Origin: Octopus bimaculoides | Lineage: Eukaryota | Direction: 5' to 3' | DNA length: 51,313 bases | Assembly (NCBI RefSeq): GCF_001194135.2 | Contig: NC_068981.1 | Location: 133,729,908-133,781,220 of the forward strand | Shown here: one piece after another, positions 48,971 through 51,313 of the stretch | How the letters are laid out: every line of letters starts with the position of its first letter | How positions within the stretch are numbered: position 1 is the first letter of the stretch | Made by a program: the position numbers and the translations under genes | The notes under the pieces: generated by a model | Seen by the model: only the letters and a program-made list of their open reading frames with translations | Told to the model about the DNA's origin: nothing | The model's database searches: none

Positions 48971-49063
48971 TTTTCTACTCTAGGCACAAGGCCCGAAATT
49001 TTGGGGAAGGGAGCCAGTCGATTAGATCGACTCCAGTACACAACTGGTACTTAATTTATCGAC
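48971..49063 (-). mobile_element. SINE family A, 5'-truncated
   Basis: Tail half only. Confidence 0.88.
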
Positions 49064-49231
49064 TCACTCTGTCTCTCTCTCACCTTTCTATAGCTATAAT
49101 GATGTCTATTACTTCCTACGTTCTTTCTGTGTTTTAAACCAGCTGATGCAACCACTTCATGTGTTTCACACACCACAATTCTGTAGTAAACGTTCTCACA
49201 ATAATTCTTCATTAGCAAAAACGAGCCGAGT

Positions 49232-49232
49232 T

Positions 49233-49285
<53 letters not shown>

Positions 49286-49287
49286 AA
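49232..49287. repeat. (GAAA)n microsatellite
   Basis: Direct reading. Confidence 0.95.
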
Positions 49288-49749
49288 TTGAACACAATTG
49301 ACATAAACAGTTTCCCCTCTCCTCGTGAACCTATAGAGAAATGTGCTCACATCAGCAACGCCAACTGAGCGACGCCAAAACGTCAGCGCACGAACATCTC
49401 AAACTCGACAATGCATTCTCTGTACTGAAAACGACATTCCAATTAAGTAGTAATGGGTTAAAAGAATTTTTACCACTGCATGTGAGTTGATTGTTATAAA
49501 CTTGTGTTAATCTAAATTATGACACCTATGCAATTAACTTCTTTTTCTAACTCTGAACTCTTTTAAAACCCTAACAAACCACATTTCAATGTTATACCAT
49601 GCCAATGCATATGATTATTAAGAAATGTTTATTTTCTCATATTCTGAATTTAAACATTTTCTTCAGAAAGCAAAATATATACACATTTTGCACACATAAT
49701 TTATACATATCTGTACACATTTTCAATTCATTTCAATTATGCATATGTT

Positions 49750-49813
<64 letters not shown>

Positions 49814-51239
49814 NNNNNNNNNNTATTGAATGTATACATGTCTATACATGTTACGAATTCTTATGCAGCATGGTGCTCTCTCTAATTTACAAACGAAATA
49901 TTGTAGGAAAGTGGTTACAAATCTAATTTCCTTATTCAAAATATCTGAATTTAGAATCAATGATTTTGATGTTCAGTTTCTGACATAATGATGATGTTCA
50001 GTGCAGAATTTGCGTGCGGTTAGATCTACGGTCTACCATTTGGAAGAGAGATCGTTTCAAATTACTCAATTCTGAGAAGAGACGCAGTAATCTTCTTGAC
50101 ATAAGTTTAGTTCCCAGCAAGAAAAATATTTATCCTGTTATTAGTCGAAATACAAAATATATTGCACCAATTCTTTCATCTTGTTATGGCAGATATCGCA
50201 GATTTTGCTCGTTACAGAACCTTACATTTTTTTTTCTTTTTATCCATTCGTGATTATTGTGTATTTATTGGGGAAGCTCTACAAGAATCAACGAATTCAA
50301 TATGACTTGCGTTCCTACATAATGCATTTGAATTATATTGATTTGTTGCTCTCTTAATTCTGAGATTAATGGTTGGGTATAGGCTTACACGTGGTGTTAG
50401 TAACCACTTACCCTTCACTGATTCATTAAAGGATTTGGGAGAAACCACTTCAAGCTAATAAAACATTGATCTGCGTTACAGTGACTGTGCCTCTTAAAGA
50501 TTTACAACTAGATAGATGATAAATTGAATCAGCAAGTTCTATGACTCTTTACTAGAAGTACGTGCAGTGACACAACATTAAGGCTACAGCCTTCATGATT
50601 TAGATATTTGCGATTATCTAATAGAGTTGAAATACGAATAAACTGTACAATTTTAATCTATTTTAACTTGAAAGCGTAATTACAGTAGCGGTATTAGTGT
50701 TTATACCGTAGCTCATTGGAGGAAGTAACTGTTACATGAGTAATTGTTTTAGTTAGTCCACATTACTCTATATGGAGCATAAAGCCAGTTTCCTGGTTTC
50801 TCTGGCGTATATATTTCTCCCTGGACAATCAGTCGAAAGATTGCTTGTTTTTACCAGCTGAACGGTCTGGAGCAATGTGAACTGAACACAACTCATAGCC
50901 CGGTTCAGGAATCGAAACCACAGTCTTACGATATGAGTCTTTAGATGGTCATGGTCTCACGTGGTGAAACCATCTAATAACGACTCTGTTCAAAAGGCTG
51001 GAATAGAAGATGCCATTCGAAGAAAGAACATTGTACAATGAATATCCACAGAACCGAGCTGTAGCTTTTAAATGCCTTTTATTCCGGGTCACAAATATAC
51101 ACAAGTTGAATAAATCAAGAAAGTTATTTACTAGTGAAAGGCCATCTTCAGCTTGCATTTATCCTACGTCATAGCTTCTCAATGTCTATGTGTACTATGT
51201 GTATATATACATAATATGTATATATACACATAGTATTCA

Positions 51240-51275
51240 TGTTGTTTACGTTTTGTGACGTTCTGTACCCATATA

Positions 51276-51313
<38 letters not shown>
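51240..51313 (-). mobile_element. Terminus of the 33617-34416 repeat family
   Basis: TGTTTACGTTTTGTGACGTTCTGTACCCATATATGCATATA resembles 34317-34360 (TGTTTAACGTTTT...TGTCCTGTAACCATATATGCATG). Confidence 0.6.

Noticed and set aside
50941-50979. TTAGATGGTC...GAAACCATCTAA, a 9-bp stem with GUC and GAAA
   Set aside because: It lacks CUGANGA and stem I, so it is not a complete hammerhead.
1-51313. CRISPR array, rRNA or prokaryotic operon
   Set aside because: No regularly spaced repeat-spacer array or rRNA similarity. The dispersed repeats are SINE copies.

Overview
AT-rich, gap-riddled eukaryotic scaffold window that is almost entirely transposon debris and microsatellite. The tRNA-headed SINE families resemble ones I recognise from octopus genomes, so a coleoid cephalopod source is an inference. 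I can support no intact host protein-coding gene; most ORF-track entries are N-gap or microsatellite artefacts. Recognisable coding relics are a mariner transposase, three R4/Dong-type (RLE) non-LTR segments, several RTE LINE fragments, CR1/jockey-group LINE fragments and two Penelope-like element (PLE) relics, one of them RT plus GIY-YIG and interrupted by a Helentron/DINE-1-like element. The most interesting layer is non-coding. There are three structurally complete or nearly complete minimal type-I hammerhead ribozymes (13471-13540 minus, 25866-25930 minus, 26328-26416 plus). Two of them belong to one repeat family and show compensatory changes plus different but always palindromic loop III. 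Degenerate hammerheads also occur, two of them directly downstream of tRNA-like Pol III heads; one of those tRNA cloverleafs sits inside a 25-bp extended helix. An HDV-ribozyme-like motif heads a very short internally deleted RTE. All calls are by eye and none was checked against a database.
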